Shown in pieces: positions 9,967-20,340 of a stretch of 64,000 nt of DNA. Every line of letters begins with the position of its first letter. Within the stretch, counting starts at the first letter, position 1. The position numbers and the translations under genes are program-made. Source of the stretch: Bacteroidales bacterium. GTDB taxonomy: Bacteria > Bacteroidota > Bacteroidia > Bacteroidales > DTU049. The notes below the pieces were generated by a model. That model was not told the origin of the DNA. It did not search any database and saw nothing but the letters and a program-made list of their open reading frames with translations. The stretch is from assembly GCA_012520175.1 (NCBI GenBank), contig JAAYOU010000001.1:14544-78543 (forward strand), read 5' to 3'.

Positions 9967-10611
9967 TTATTGCGTTTTTAAGCCATACATCACTCCGTTT
10001 TCAGTAAATACAAAATCAGCAATTCCAAATAAAATCAACTGTTCTACGAGGGCTTCTGCCACTGTCTTTTTCAAATCTAATTTTTGCATTATTTGATTAA
10101 TTGACACCACTTTTTTTATGTCTATCAATTCTATTACTGCTCTGTGATACTCATTAATGCTTATGTTTCGATTGCGTTTCGATTTTCTTTTACGCCAAAC
10201 ATTTTCATAAATTTTACCTGCAATATAATTTGCATCATTATGTCTTATATACGCTACATAAGTGTTTTGCTCATTTGGTGCGAGAGTGAGAACTTCTTTT
10301 TTAGGCGAAATAATTATTTCTAAAACTTCTTTTTTATCAATATCATACAAAACGCTTTTAAAAGTTATTTCTGGCTTACAATACATACTGGCAGCCATTT
10401 CCGCCATATAAAATTCCTCTTCGCTACGGATACCAGCAATAACGCCATTATCTTTCACTCCAAGCAATAGAGAACCTCCGTCTGTGTTTGAAAAAGCCGA
10501 CATGCTACGAGCAATTTTGCGACTGTCGTTTAGAGCAAATTTAAAATCAAGAATTTGGCTTTCACCCTCAGAAATACGCTTTTTCAAAGCAAATTCAACT
10601 TCATTTATCAT
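9967..10611 (-). CDS. AlbA_2 / Schlafen-like putative DNA-binding domain protein
   Basis: ESQILDFKFALNDSRKIARSMSAFSNTDGGSLLLGVKDNGVIAGI matches the AlbA_2 (divergent Schlafen) domain pattern. The C-terminal region looks like a winged helix. Confidence 0.7.
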   Translation of the reverse strand: MINEVEFALKKRISEGESQILDFKFALNDSRKIARSMSAFSNTDGGSLLLGVKDNGVIAGIRSEEEFYMAEMAASMYCKPEITFKSVLYDIDKKEVLEIIISPKKEVLTLAPNEQNTYVAYIRHNDANYIAGKIYENVWRKRKSKRNRNISINEYHRAVIELIDIKKVVSINQIMQKLDLKKTVAEALVEQLILFGIADFVFTENGVMYGLKTQ

Positions 10612-10692
10612 GCTAAAACTTAATTTAACACAAATTTAAACTTTATATTTTTATCAGAATTTTTTTATATTTTTATCAATAAAAAAATCTGC

Positions 10693-11175
10693 ATGCATAA
10701 AATTGACTATAAAGCCATAGAAAACCTTTCAAATGAAGCAAAGAAGAGCGAAAGAAAACGCATAAATCTAAATATACATAAACAAAGCAACGACCCAATT
10801 CAGCGTTTTTTAAATGCGATGGAGCCCGGAACATATATCAGACCGCATAAGCACGACAATCCTGCAAAACGAGAATTATTTGCAGTTGTAAAAGGCAAAT
10901 TTGCAATTGTTGAATTTGATAATCTTGGAAATATTACAGATTATGCGATTTTAAGCCAAAATTCCGACAACTATGCTGTTGAAATTGAGCCAAAATCGTA
11001 CCATACAGTAATTGCTCTCGAAAAAAGCTCAATAGCACTTGAAATAAAAGACGGACCGTATAATCCCGAAAACGACAAAAACTTTGCATCTTGGGCTCCG
11101 CCTGAATCAGACAAAAATAATGCAACCGAATTTTTAAATAAAATTATTGAGAAGTTAAATCTAAAAAATATGTAA
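10693..11175 (+). CDS. WbuC-family cupin-fold metalloprotein
   Basis: SERKRINLNIH...PIQRFLNAMEPGTYIRPHKH is typical of the WbuC cupin family, and the size is about 160 aa. Confidence 0.7.
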   Translation: MHKIDYKAIENLSNEAKKSERKRINLNIHKQSNDPIQRFLNAMEPGTYIRPHKHDNPAKRELFAVVKGKFAIVEFDNLGNITDYAILSQNSDNYAVEIEPKSYHTVIALEKSSIALEIKDGPYNPENDKNFASWAPPESDKNNATEFLNKIIEKLNLKNM

Positions 11176-11193
11176 ATTTGAAAAAAGTACAAA

Positions 11194-12189
11194 ATGAATG
11201 AAATTTATCCTTTAAAATTCAAGCCTCAATTTCTTTCCAAACTTTGGGGAGGAAGCAATATTTCAAAAATAGACTTTCTTAAAGACGCTCCAAAAGACGA
11301 TTGTGGAGAAGCATGGTTGCTATCAGGCGTGGAAAATCATCAGAGCGTTGTTGCAAATGGCTTTTTAGAAGGAAATGAATTAAACGAATTGGTTGAAGTT
11401 TACATGGCGGACTTGGTCGGCGAAGAAGTTTTTGAAAAATATGGCGAAGTCTTTCCAATACTAATAAAAATGATTGACACCAATGATTGGCTGTCTGTGC
11501 AGGCGCATCCCGACAATGAGCTAGCAATGAAAAATCATGGGATTCCTTTTGGGAAAACGGAAATGTGGTATATATTAAAAGCTAGCGAAAATGCGGCTTT
11601 GCTCAATGGCTTTAAAAAAGAAACCTATCAAGACGAAATACAAAAATCTATAAAAAACAATAAGCTGCCTGAATTGCTGAATAATATTAAGCCATTGCCA
11701 GAGGAAACGTATTTCACCCCAGCAAGAAAAATACATGCCTTAGGTCCAGGACTAACCTTGCTTGAAATCCAGCAAACAAGCGATTTTACTTACAGGCTCT
11801 ACGATTGGGGACGAACTGATAACAACGGAAATCCGCGCGAGCTGCATATTGACAAAGGTCTTGATGCTTTAAATTATGAAGACACTAGCACAGGCAAAAT
11901 GGCTCCGCAGAAAAAAGACAACATCTCCGAAACATTAGTAAGCTGCCCAGAATTTATAACTAACAAAATCAAGCTAAAGCCTAATTGCAAAGTAAATCGA
12001 GAATATGTGATTTTGGATTCGTTTGTGATATTGATTGCTACAAAAGGAAATGCAAAATATATTTTTAACGACAAAAAAGAAACTTTAAATATGGGCGAAT
12101 GTGTATTAATTCCCGCTTGCATTGAAGAAATAAGCATAATCACAGAAGAAAATTCAGCAGAAATTTTAGAAATTTATATAAAAATCTAG
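11194..12189 (+). CDS. manA: Class I mannose-6-phosphate isomerase
   Basis: PLKFKPQFLSKLWGG, GEAWLLSG, LSVQAHPD and GKTEMWYIL motifs of type I PMI. Confidence 0.85.
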   Translation: MNEIYPLKFKPQFLSKLWGGSNISKIDFLKDAPKDDCGEAWLLSGVENHQSVVANGFLEGNELNELVEVYMADLVGEEVFEKYGEVFPILIKMIDTNDWLSVQAHPDNELAMKNHGIPFGKTEMWYILKASENAALLNGFKKETYQDEIQKSIKNNKLPELLNNIKPLPEETYFTPARKIHALGPGLTLLEIQQTSDFTYRLYDWGRTDNNGNPRELHIDKGLDALNYEDTSTGKMAPQKKDNISETLVSCPEFITNKIKLKPNCKVNREYVILDSFVILIATKGNAKYIFNDKKETLNMGECVLIPACIEEISIITEENSAEILEIYIKI

Positions 12190-12194
12190 ATAGG

Positions 12195-12415
12195 TTTGTT
12201 GTGCAATAGTGTTTTTGGACGCAGCAGTGGGCGGGCGTAACTTGCTGATTACTAGCAAGTTATGAAGTCAAAAGTATTGCGGCGGGCGGGCGTAACTTGC
12301 TGACTATCAAGACTTTAGATGGGCGGACGAACAATAAGCTGAAGCAGACAGACGAGCACAACCATCTGATTATCAATACTTTACACAGATGAACGAGCAA
12401 TAAAATTGTAAAACT
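12195..12415. repeat. Intergenic repeat cluster R4: 3 palindromic units
   Basis: gggcgggcgtaacttgctgattactagcaagttatg forms a 9-bp perfect stem taacttgct/agcaagtta (core 12246-12254). Two further cores lie at 12301-12309 and 12367-12375, flanked by gcggcgggcggg. Confidence 0.85.
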
Positions 12416-12565
12416 TACACTTTCCTAATATTAATCAACTCATAATTAAGTAGTTATAAAACTTCACAAAAACATGAAAAAGCAAAATTTGTATCTTATA
12501 AAAAATCACATATTTTTGGGACAGTATCGGATACTACGATTCAGTATAGCTAATCTACAACTATT

Positions 12566-13213
12566 TTACCACATAACAACCCAGTAAATAATAACATTCT
12601 GTTCTTCACTTATGCATATTCCGTATGAATAACCATGTTTCCAATTATTAGGCATAAATTTCCCATCAGACAATTTTTCTTCACTTAAATAAATCCCAGG
12701 TTTAGCATCAATAACAAATATTGTAAAATCTTTAGGTAATCTACACTCTGTACTTTCAGTTGTAAATTGATTATGCCAAAAATTGGGAATAGGGTACTTC
12801 CTATTATAACAATTCTTATCAATTAAATCTTTCTCTGCATCACTTAATTTAATATTAATCCCATTGTTTTCAGAATTCGCAAACCTATTTACTATTAACA
12901 AACAATTTTCTGCTGCTGAATAAATTCCAATGCTTTTTTTGTATTTGTTTTTTATTTTTTTAATCTCTTTCTCATTTGTTTTATTAAACAATGTAAACCT
13001 TATCATGTCAAATTCAGGAGAAACGCTTTCATTAAGCTCAAGATGAGTATCTCTATATATTTCCTTTGGAAAATGAGCAATGTACTTATCATCATATTTG
13101 GCTTTCCTCTGAATATAATCTTTATTAAATTTTTCAAAGTATGAACTATTATTCCTGCTGTTAGAACAGCTAATAATCATAAGTGCTATAAGTGCAAATA
13201 ATATTGTTTTCAT
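12566..13213 (-). CDS. Hypothetical lipoprotein
   Basis: Lipobox-like signal MKTILFALIALMIISCSN. I recognise no domain. Confidence 0.55.
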   Translation of the reverse strand: MKTILFALIALMIISCSNSRNNSSYFEKFNKDYIQRKAKYDDKYIAHFPKEIYRDTHLELNESVSPEFDMIRFTLFNKTNEKEIKKIKNKYKKSIGIYSAAENCLLIVNRFANSENNGINIKLSDAEKDLIDKNCYNRKYPIPNFWHNQFTTESTECRLPKDFTIFVIDAKPGIYLSEEKLSDGKFMPNNWKHGYSYGICISEEQNVIIYWVVMW

Positions 13214-13230
13214 TTAATAATACAATTTTA

Positions 13231-14163
13231 TCATTTCTCCAAGCCAAAATCCACGATTTCCAAAATATATTCTACTTTTTCTTCAAGCAAAGCTAAGCCG
13301 TCAATCCAGTTTATTTTAATGCCTCTTTTTTCCATTCTTCTGAACCATGTAGCCTGACGTTTAGCAAATTGATGTATAGCTATTTCCAGCAATGTGAACA
13401 TCTCTTCGCGGCTAATTTCACCATTAAGATATTTGCTCACAAAGCGATATTCAAGACCAAGCGAATTGAGCCATTTCAGCGAAACACCTGATTTAATCAG
13501 CCCTTCAACTTCTTCTATCATACCATTATCAATTCTTGATTTTAAGCGTTCGGAAATTTTTTGGCAAATAATTTTTCTTGGTAGCTCTATTCCAAACACA
13601 TGCAAATTGCCTATTTTCAGAGGCTTATCTTGTGTTTTTTCGCTTTCTGACTCATATTTTAGCACTTCTAAACGACGAATAAGCCTATGTCTATTGCATT
13701 TATCTTCATCAGAAAGTTCTGCACCTAAACTCATAATTTCTTCAGCCAATTCTTCATTGCTCATATTTTCTGCAACAGCTCGAAATTGCTCATTTCTGCT
13801 TGCTTTGTAAAATCTATAATCTAGCAATAAAGTTTCAATATACAGCCCTGTTCCTCCGCAAATCAATGGCAGCTTTCCCCTCGATTGAATATTTATCGCA
13901 GCTTTTATAGCATCGGTTTTAAATAAAAAAGCATTATAAGGCTGCTCCGGCTCCAAAATATCTATCAAATGATGTTTAATAGGCTTTCCATCGTTTTCGT
14001 ATTCACACAAATCTTTACCAGTGCCAATATTCAAGCCTTTATAAACTTGCCGGCTGTCCGCACTAATTATTTCAGCATTCAGAATATCAGCCATTTTCAC
14101 TGCCAAAGCCGTTTTCCCGCTAGCAGTAGGTCCCAATATAACCATTAACTCATGAATTTCCAT
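13231..14163 (-). CDS. miaA: tRNA dimethylallyltransferase
   Basis: P-loop ILGPTASGKT, then ISADSRQVYKGLNIGTGK and GGTGLY motifs. Confidence 0.92.
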   Translation of the reverse strand: MEIHELMVILGPTASGKTALAVKMADILNAEIISADSRQVYKGLNIGTGKDLCEYENDGKPIKHHLIDILEPEQPYNAFLFKTDAIKAAINIQSRGKLPLICGGTGLYIETLLLDYRFYKASRNEQFRAVAENMSNEELAEEIMSLGAELSDEDKCNRHRLIRRLEVLKYESESEKTQDKPLKIGNLHVFGIELPRKIICQKISERLKSRIDNGMIEEVEGLIKSGVSLKWLNSLGLEYRFVSKYLNGEISREEMFTLLEIAIHQFAKRQATWFRRMEKRGIKINWIDGLALLEEKVEYILEIVDFGLEK

Positions 14164-15392
14164 AATGGATTTTTCAAATTATTTCTTTGTGCAAAATAGT
14201 CATTATATTTCTTTTTCAGCAAATTTTCTTCAATTTCGTACAAAATTTGCCGTATTTTTTTCAAATTTTCAATCGGCTGATGATGAAGTTCGGTGTTTTC
14301 TAAAAATAAATTTTCGCAATTGTAATTTAGCATTTTAAACAAAGTCTGCACTGAACTTGCATCGGAAGATTGCGTGTAATTTGATTTTACATATTTATAT
14401 ACAGCGAAAGCATCAGCTTTTATGTAGCATGCGTGAATAAAGCGAATCAACGATGGATTGTTTTTAAGCAGTTTTTCTGGCTCTAAATCAGGAAACACCT
14501 TCAAAGCCTTATCCATGGCTTTTTCCGAATTTGTAAAAAATATCTCGCCAAAAGCGGCACAAGCCTTATTTATCTCATCAAATAAATCGGGAGAATACAC
14601 AGGATATTTCGCAGCTTGAGCATCAGCTTCCATACCAACAGTAGGTCCTGTGCCAAAAATCACGCGATTAGACACTCTTGAAGACGGATAAACAGTAGTA
14701 TTACAAAAAGGAATTATCACGCCAATTTTTCGCAATTTCATCATAAAATAAAAATCTTCTCCTGACGAAGTCGCGGTCAATCCTCGTATTTTTCTATATG
14801 CTGAAACGCGAGCCGCCATAGCACTACCAATTGGCGTGTATGCAAACGGAAAATCAATTCGCAGCAAATTAATAGCATAGCAACGAAGATAAATTTCATA
14901 TCGCAGCATTGATGTTTTTTGAGCGTCTTTCCCTTGCAATCTATGAAAATACGGCAACGCCATAGCAGATGCCATTGTGAAAACAGTAAACTGCTTTTCT
15001 ATTTCCGCAATATAATTCGCTTCTACACGTGTGTCTGCATCAAGGGAAACAATAATATCGTCATCAGAAGCGATTTTAGAAACATGATCCATTAAAACTT
15101 TTCTCGCCCAGCCCACACCGCACTCTTTGCCTTTCCAACCCTTGCCTTTGGAGCATTTGTCAATCAAAATCAACGGAATATTTTTCAGCTTGCAAAAAGA
15201 ATCTATTTGCTCCATTGTCGAAACATTATTATGGCATATTTCCACGTATTTTTCATCGTCCCACCACGAATCAGGCTGATTTACACAGCAAACCAATGTG
15301 AAGTTCTTACTTTGCTGATTTGACAAATCAGAAAGAACTCCCATAATAAAATCTAATTCGTTTATAGCAGGAATAGTAACAAATAGATGCAT
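14145..15392 (-). CDS. Family 2-like glycosyltransferase
   Basis: N-terminal GT-A fold features (VTIPAINE, SLDADT as a DXD-like motif). Overlaps the miaA start by 19 nt. Confidence 0.65.
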   Translation of the reverse strand: MHLFVTIPAINELDFIMGVLSDLSNQQSKNFTLVCCVNQPDSWWDDEKYVEICHNNVSTMEQIDSFCKLKNIPLILIDKCSKGKGWKGKECGVGWARKVLMDHVSKIASDDDIIVSLDADTRVEANYIAEIEKQFTVFTMASAMALPYFHRLQGKDAQKTSMLRYEIYLRCYAINLLRIDFPFAYTPIGSAMAARVSAYRKIRGLTATSSGEDFYFMMKLRKIGVIIPFCNTTVYPSSRVSNRVIFGTGPTVGMEADAQAAKYPVYSPDLFDEINKACAAFGEIFFTNSEKAMDKALKVFPDLEPEKLLKNNPSLIRFIHACYIKADAFAVYKYVKSNYTQSSDASSVQTLFKMLNYNCENLFLENTELHHQPIENLKKIRQILYEIEENLLKKKYNDYFAQRNNLKNPLWKFMS

Positions 15393-15395
15393 GAT

Positions 15396-16619
15396 TTATT
15401 TATGTTGCAACGCCAATGACGGATTAATGTTTCTAATAACGAGAGCTGGAATAAAAATCGCAAGGAAAGAAATTGCAAAAACGCCCACATTCACACCTAA
15501 AATGTAGTCCCATTGCAACAATGCTGGGATATGGTCTAAATAATACATTTCTTCATTCAAAGGGAAAAGATGAAATTGCTGTTGAATAAAAATAAGTCCC
15601 AATCCCAAAACATTTCCGATAATTATTCCATTTAAAAGCAATCGCATAGTAATTCTTATAAAAATATTGCGTATAAGGCTGTTGCCAGACCCTAAAGCTT
15701 TGAAAAGCCCAATAAAAGGAATACGCTCTAAAATCAACACAAGAATGATTGAAATTATATTTATCACAGCAACAATCGTCATCAAAATTAGGATTATCAA
15801 CACATTTGTATCTAGCAAATCCAGCCAGCTAAAAAGCTGATACTGACTTGTTTTTATATCCGTTGCCCTCAAATCATAATAAATAGTGTTGTTCACATCG
15901 CTCATTATTCTTGGCAAATCGTCAAAATTATTAATTAAAATTTCGTAGCCACTCGCCAAAGAATCGCCCCATTTGTTTAGCTTTTGAAGTTGCCGCATGT
16001 CGCACACAGCATATATTTTATCAAATTCAGCCATGCCAGAATTAAATATTCCCGAAACAGTGAATTTTCTCCCACGCGGCTGCATTTCGTTAGGCATAAT
16101 AAAATATATTCTCAAAGGCGAGTCAACTCCCAAACCCAGTGTAGAAGCCAGCTTCTGCGATATTAAAATTCCATTATTAATGGTGTCTGAAAAAGTCAAA
16201 ATTTTTCCTTCTTTTAAATTTTTACTTAAAAAAGAAAAGTCAAAATTTTTGTCAATTCCTTTCAAAACGACGCCATTTACGCTGCTGTCTGCTTTTATCA
16301 GCCCGCCTTTTTCCACAAAAGGAAAAACAGCTTTAATGCCTTCAATAGAATTTAAAGCTTGCAAATCATCGCGATTTACTTGCATTGGCGGCTGCTCAAG
16401 CGAATTATTTGTATTGAAAGGACGTATTTGAATATGCGAGCCAAAGCCAATAATTTTTTCCCTCACCTCATGCTGAAACCCTCTTATAATCGCAAAAGCA
16501 ACAAGCATAACCATAATGCTAATTGCTATGCTAAAAACCGAAACACGTATCACAGGTTTTGCAATACTGTCCGACTTTTTAGACAACAAACGATTTGCTA
16601 TAATCCTTGAATAATTCAA
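15396..16619 (-). CDS. FtsX/LolE-like ABC transporter permease
   Basis: N-terminal IANRLLSKK, a TM helix, a large periplasmic domain, and 3 C-terminal TM helices (FtsX fold). The start codon at 16617-16619 is TTG and there is no nearby ATG. Confidence 0.8.
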   Translation of the reverse strand: MNYSRIIANRLLSKKSDSIAKPVIRVSVFSIAISIMVMLVAFAIIRGFQHEVREKIIGFGSHIQIRPFNTNNSLEQPPMQVNRDDLQALNSIEGIKAVFPFVEKGGLIKADSSVNGVVLKGIDKNFDFSFLSKNLKEGKILTFSDTINNGILISQKLASTLGLGVDSPLRIYFIMPNEMQPRGRKFTVSGIFNSGMAEFDKIYAVCDMRQLQKLNKWGDSLASGYEILINNFDDLPRIMSDVNNTIYYDLRATDIKTSQYQLFSWLDLLDTNVLIILILMTIVAVINIISIILVLILERIPFIGLFKALGSGNSLIRNIFIRITMRLLLNGIIIGNVLGLGLIFIQQQFHLFPLNEEMYYLDHIPALLQWDYILGVNVGVFAISFLAIFIPALVIRNINPSLALQHK

Positions 16620-16710
16620 ATTCTTTTAATTTATGCAAATTTAAAAAAAATAGACCAAGTTGAAATTTTATTAGCATCTATTATTAGTTTTTTAGTAATT
16701 TCGTTTTTAA

Positions 16711-17925
16711 ATGAAAATTTTACTAACATTTATTTTTGCATTTTTTACAATTAGCGTCAATGCTCAACAGCATATTAAACCATTAGCAATAGTGTACGAT
16801 TCAACTGTTTTAAATGGTGCTGAAAGAATAAATGAATATTTACCACTATTGCAAAACAATCGCGTAGGAATAGTTGCAAATCACACTTCCATGGTGGGCA
16901 ATAAGCATTTAGTTGATACATTGCTTTCATTGGGAGTTGACATATCTGCTGTTTTCGCTCCAGAACATGGTTTTAGAGGGAATCACGCCGATGGAGCAAT
17001 TATAAAAACATATATTGACAGTATCACAAAAATTCCTATTGTCTCACTCTATGGCTCTTCGCTAAGACCTGAAAAGAAGGATTTATCAAGCATAGACATT
17101 ATCATTTTCGACATTCAAGATGTTGGAGCACGCTTCTATACATACATTTCAACTATGCACTACATGATGGAAGCTTGTGCTGAAAACAATATAAAAATGA
17201 TTGTTTTTGACCGCCCAAATCCTAATGGCTTTTATGTTGATGGACCAGTGCTAAACGCAGCATATAAAAGTTTTGTAGGTATGCACCAAATTCCAATCGT
17301 GCATGGACTAACCGTTGGAGAACTAGCATTAATGATAAATGGAGAGCATTGGCTGAAAAACAATTTGCACTGCGATTTAACCGTTATTCCGTGCGAAAAC
17401 TGGGATCATTCAAAACTTTACCAACTACCAATAAATCCATCTCCCAACCTAATTTCTATGGATGCTATCTATCTGTATCCGTCTTTGTGCCTATTTGAAG
17501 GAACAATTGTTAGCGTTGGCAGAGGCACTCTAAGACCATTTGAAATTATTGGGCATCCGCTTTTAAAAGGCAGTTCTTTTTCATTTATGCCAAAACCAAT
17601 AAAAGGAATGTCAGAAAAACCGCCACACAACGGCAAACTGTGCTATGGTTTTGATTTGAAAAATTATGCTAAAAAAACAGCAACGCCATACGGAGAATTA
17701 AGGCTGAATTGGCTTATAGAGATGTATTGCGAGCTTTATCCAAATCAAGAGGCTGGAGATTTTTTCAAAAACAGTTCTTTTGACAGACTTGCAGGAAATA
17801 GCAACTTGAGAAATCAAATCATAAATGGCACAAACGAAAATACTATAAAAAAATCTTGGCAGGCGGATTTAAAAAAATACAAGTCTATTAGAAAAAAGTA
17901 TTTGCTGTACGAAGATTTTGAGTGA
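16711..17925 (+). CDS. DUF1343-family protein (NamZ-like exo-beta-N-acetylmuramidase)
   Basis: Signal peptide. VGIVANHTS, FAPEHGFRG, DIQDVGARFYTYIST and FDRPNP motifs characteristic of DUF1343. Confidence 0.85.
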   Translation: MKILLTFIFAFFTISVNAQQHIKPLAIVYDSTVLNGAERINEYLPLLQNNRVGIVANHTSMVGNKHLVDTLLSLGVDISAVFAPEHGFRGNHADGAIIKTYIDSITKIPIVSLYGSSLRPEKKDLSSIDIIIFDIQDVGARFYTYISTMHYMMEACAENNIKMIVFDRPNPNGFYVDGPVLNAAYKSFVGMHQIPIVHGLTVGELALMINGEHWLKNNLHCDLTVIPCENWDHSKLYQLPINPSPNLISMDAIYLYPSLCLFEGTIVSVGRGTLRPFEIIGHPLLKGSSFSFMPKPIKGMSEKPPHNGKLCYGFDLKNYAKKTATPYGELRLNWLIEMYCELYPNQEAGDFFKNSSFDRLAGNSNLRNQIINGTNENTIKKSWQADLKKYKSIRKKYLLYEDFE

Positions 17926-18006
17926 TTGATGGTTATAAATTTTAATTTTTTATCCAAAGTTTTTTAGTAAATTTGAAGACTTCTTAAAAAATTTTACTAC
18001 AAAAAA

Positions 18007-18801
18007 ATGAAGCAATATCATGATTTGTTAAAACATGTGCTTGCAAACGGCATAAAGAAAACAGACCGCACTGGCACTGGCACTGTAAGCGTTTTTGGTT
18101 ATCAAATGCGATTTAATTTACAAGAAGGTTTTCCACTTTTAACCACGAAAAAACTGCACACAAAAAGCATTTTACACGAGCTATTGTGGTTCTTAAAAGG
18201 CGATACAAACATAAAATATTTGAAAGATAACAACGTAAGCATCTGGGACGAATGGGCTGACGAAAATGGAAACTTAGGTCCTGTTTACGGCTACCAATGG
18301 CGTAAGTGGAACAATTCTGACAAAGAACCTATTGACCAAATTTCTGATGTAATAAATCAAATAAAAACAAATCCCGACTCTCGCAGACTTATCGTTAGCG
18401 CATGGAATGTAGCCGATATTCCAAAAATGAAATTACCTCCATGCCATTTGCTTTTTCAATTTTATGTAGCTGAAAACAAGTTATCGTGCCAACTTTATCA
18501 ACGTAGTGCTGATATTTTCCTTGGCGTGCCTTTTAATATTGCGTCATACGCTTTTCTAACGCACATGATTGCTCAAGTTACAGATTTGCAAGTTGGCGAT
18601 TTTGTCCACACACTTGGAGATGCACACCTTTATTCAAATCACATAGAACAAGCAAATATTCAGCTAAGCAGGGATTTTCTAAAGTTGCCAAAACTTGAAT
18701 TAAATCCTGATGTTAAAAATATTTTTGATTTTAAATTCGAGGACTTTTCTATTACAAACTACAATGCACATCCACACATAAAAGCAAGCGTGTCTGTATA
18801 A
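18007..18801 (+). CDS. thyA: Thymidylate synthase
   Basis: [12 protein letters not shown]...DRTGTGT, LPPCH (catalytic Cys), [20 protein letters not shown]. Confidence 0.97.
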   Translation: MKQYHDLLKHVLANGIKKTDRTGTGTVSVFGYQMRFNLQEGFPLLTTKKLHTKSILHELLWFLKGDTNIKYLKDNNVSIWDEWADENGNLGPVYGYQWRKWNNSDKEPIDQISDVINQIKTNPDSRRLIVSAWNVADIPKMKLPPCHLLFQFYVAENKLSCQLYQRSADIFLGVPFNIASYAFLTHMIAQVTDLQVGDFVHTLGDAHLYSNHIEQANIQLSRDFLKLPKLELNPDVKNIFDFKFEDFSITNYNAHPHIKASVSV

Positions 18802-18832
18802 ACTAAAAAAACATATTCAAACTTTATAAAAA

Positions 18833-19336
18833 ATGATTAAAGCAATTCCAAACCTAAGTATGATTGTTGCGGCAGACAACAATAACGGTATTGGCATAAA
18901 AAACACTTTGCCTTGGCGACTATCCGATGATTTAAGACGATTCAAATCTATAACCACAGGACACACTGTAATAATGGGCAAAAACACTTGGTTTTCGCTG
19001 CCAAAACGCCCTCTACCAAATAGACGCAATATTGTTATCACGTCGAAACCTTTTGGAGAAAGTGGAGCTATCAAAGTAGGTTCGCTAAATGAAATTTTTG
19101 AGCAATGCAAAAATGACACTGAAAACTTTATTATTGGCGGTGGAAAACTTTATGAACAATTGCTTCCGTATGCTTCAAAAATTTATCTAACCCGCGTAGA
19201 TGGCGATTTTGAAACTGATACTTTTTTCCCAAAATTAAATCCTAACGAATGGTGTCTTACAGAACAATCTGAGAAATTTAAAGACTCAAAATCTAGCATA
19301 CATTACACATATTTAATTTTTAAAAGAATTATGTAA
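18833..19336 (+). CDS. folA: Dihydrofolate reductase
   Basis: MIVAADNNNGIGIKNTLPW, VIMGKNTW, GGGKLY. The true start may be the internal ATG at 18860 (MIVAAD...). Confidence 0.9.
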   Translation: MIKAIPNLSMIVAADNNNGIGIKNTLPWRLSDDLRRFKSITTGHTVIMGKNTWFSLPKRPLPNRRNIVITSKPFGESGAIKVGSLNEIFEQCKNDTENFIIGGGKLYEQLLPYASKIYLTRVDGDFETDTFFPKLNPNEWCLTEQSEKFKDSKSSIHYTYLIFKRIM

Positions 19337-19391
19337 TTTTGCAATCTGCTTTTTAAAATATCCAACATATTAAATTTAAAAAAATATCTTT

Positions 19392-20234
19392 ATGAAAAAA
19401 TTGAAATTCTTAGCATTTGTGGCTTTTTTAATTACTTTTACAACTATTTTTTCTTCATGTAAAAAAGAAGATGAAGACAAAAAAGAAACAAGCACAAGTA
19501 TCGCAACTGAATATGCATTCACAGAAATTGTATTTAAAGACCTTTACAATCAAGCTGTAAGAGGAATGCTAATTGCACATGATTCTGTTACTGGCGGCAC
19601 CAAAAGCGTTAACTTATCAGGCAATTGTGCTACATTGACCATTATTCCTTTTGATTTACTAACATTTCCAAAAGAAATTACTATAAATTTTGGCACTTCA
19701 AACTGTCTTTGTGATGATGGCGTTTATCGCAGAGGAGAGATTTTTATAACCACTACTGGCTGGTATGAAGATAGCAGCACGGTTATAAATATAACTCCAA
19801 AAAATTATTTTGTTAACGAAAACTACATTGATGGCACTAAAATTATAACAAATAAAGGTAAAAACACAAACGGCAATTTAGTTTTCAACCTTGTAATAAA
19901 AGGAAAAGTTTCAAATTCAAGAGGCACAAGAACTTTGACAAGTGCTCGCGAAAATGAATGGATAGAAGGAGATAGTACTATTTTTAATCCCTTCGATGAT
20001 GTGTATATGATTAGAGGCGGAGGTGAAGGGACTACTGCAAAAAATGAATCTTACAAGTTTGTAATTAATTCTGCTTTACGCGTTCAAACAAATTGCAAAT
20101 GGATTACCGAAGGTTCATTAACAATAACATTTGACAAACTTGTTTTTTTAGTAAATTATGGAGATGGCACCTGCGATCCAAATGCAACAGTATATGTAAA
20201 CGGATATAGCTATCCTATTACAATTGGGCAATAA
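19392..20234 (+). CDS. Hypothetical lipoprotein
   Basis: Lipoprotein signal (FSSCKKEDED). No domain recognised. Confidence 0.55.
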   Translation: MKKLKFLAFVAFLITFTTIFSSCKKEDEDKKETSTSIATEYAFTEIVFKDLYNQAVRGMLIAHDSVTGGTKSVNLSGNCATLTIIPFDLLTFPKEITINFGTSNCLCDDGVYRRGEIFITTTGWYEDSSTVINITPKNYFVNENYIDGTKIITNKGKNTNGNLVFNLVIKGKVSNSRGTRTLTSARENEWIEGDSTIFNPFDDVYMIRGGGEGTTAKNESYKFVINSALRVQTNCKWITEGSLTITFDKLVFLVNYGDGTCDPNATVYVNGYSYPITIGQ

Positions 20235-20340
20235 AAAATAATTATTAAAGGTTATTTGAAAACTAGTTCTAATAGCTTATAATTAAAAAAATGCTCATAA
20301 TTTTTATAAGCATTTTTTATACAATAAATTCATGTAAAAC

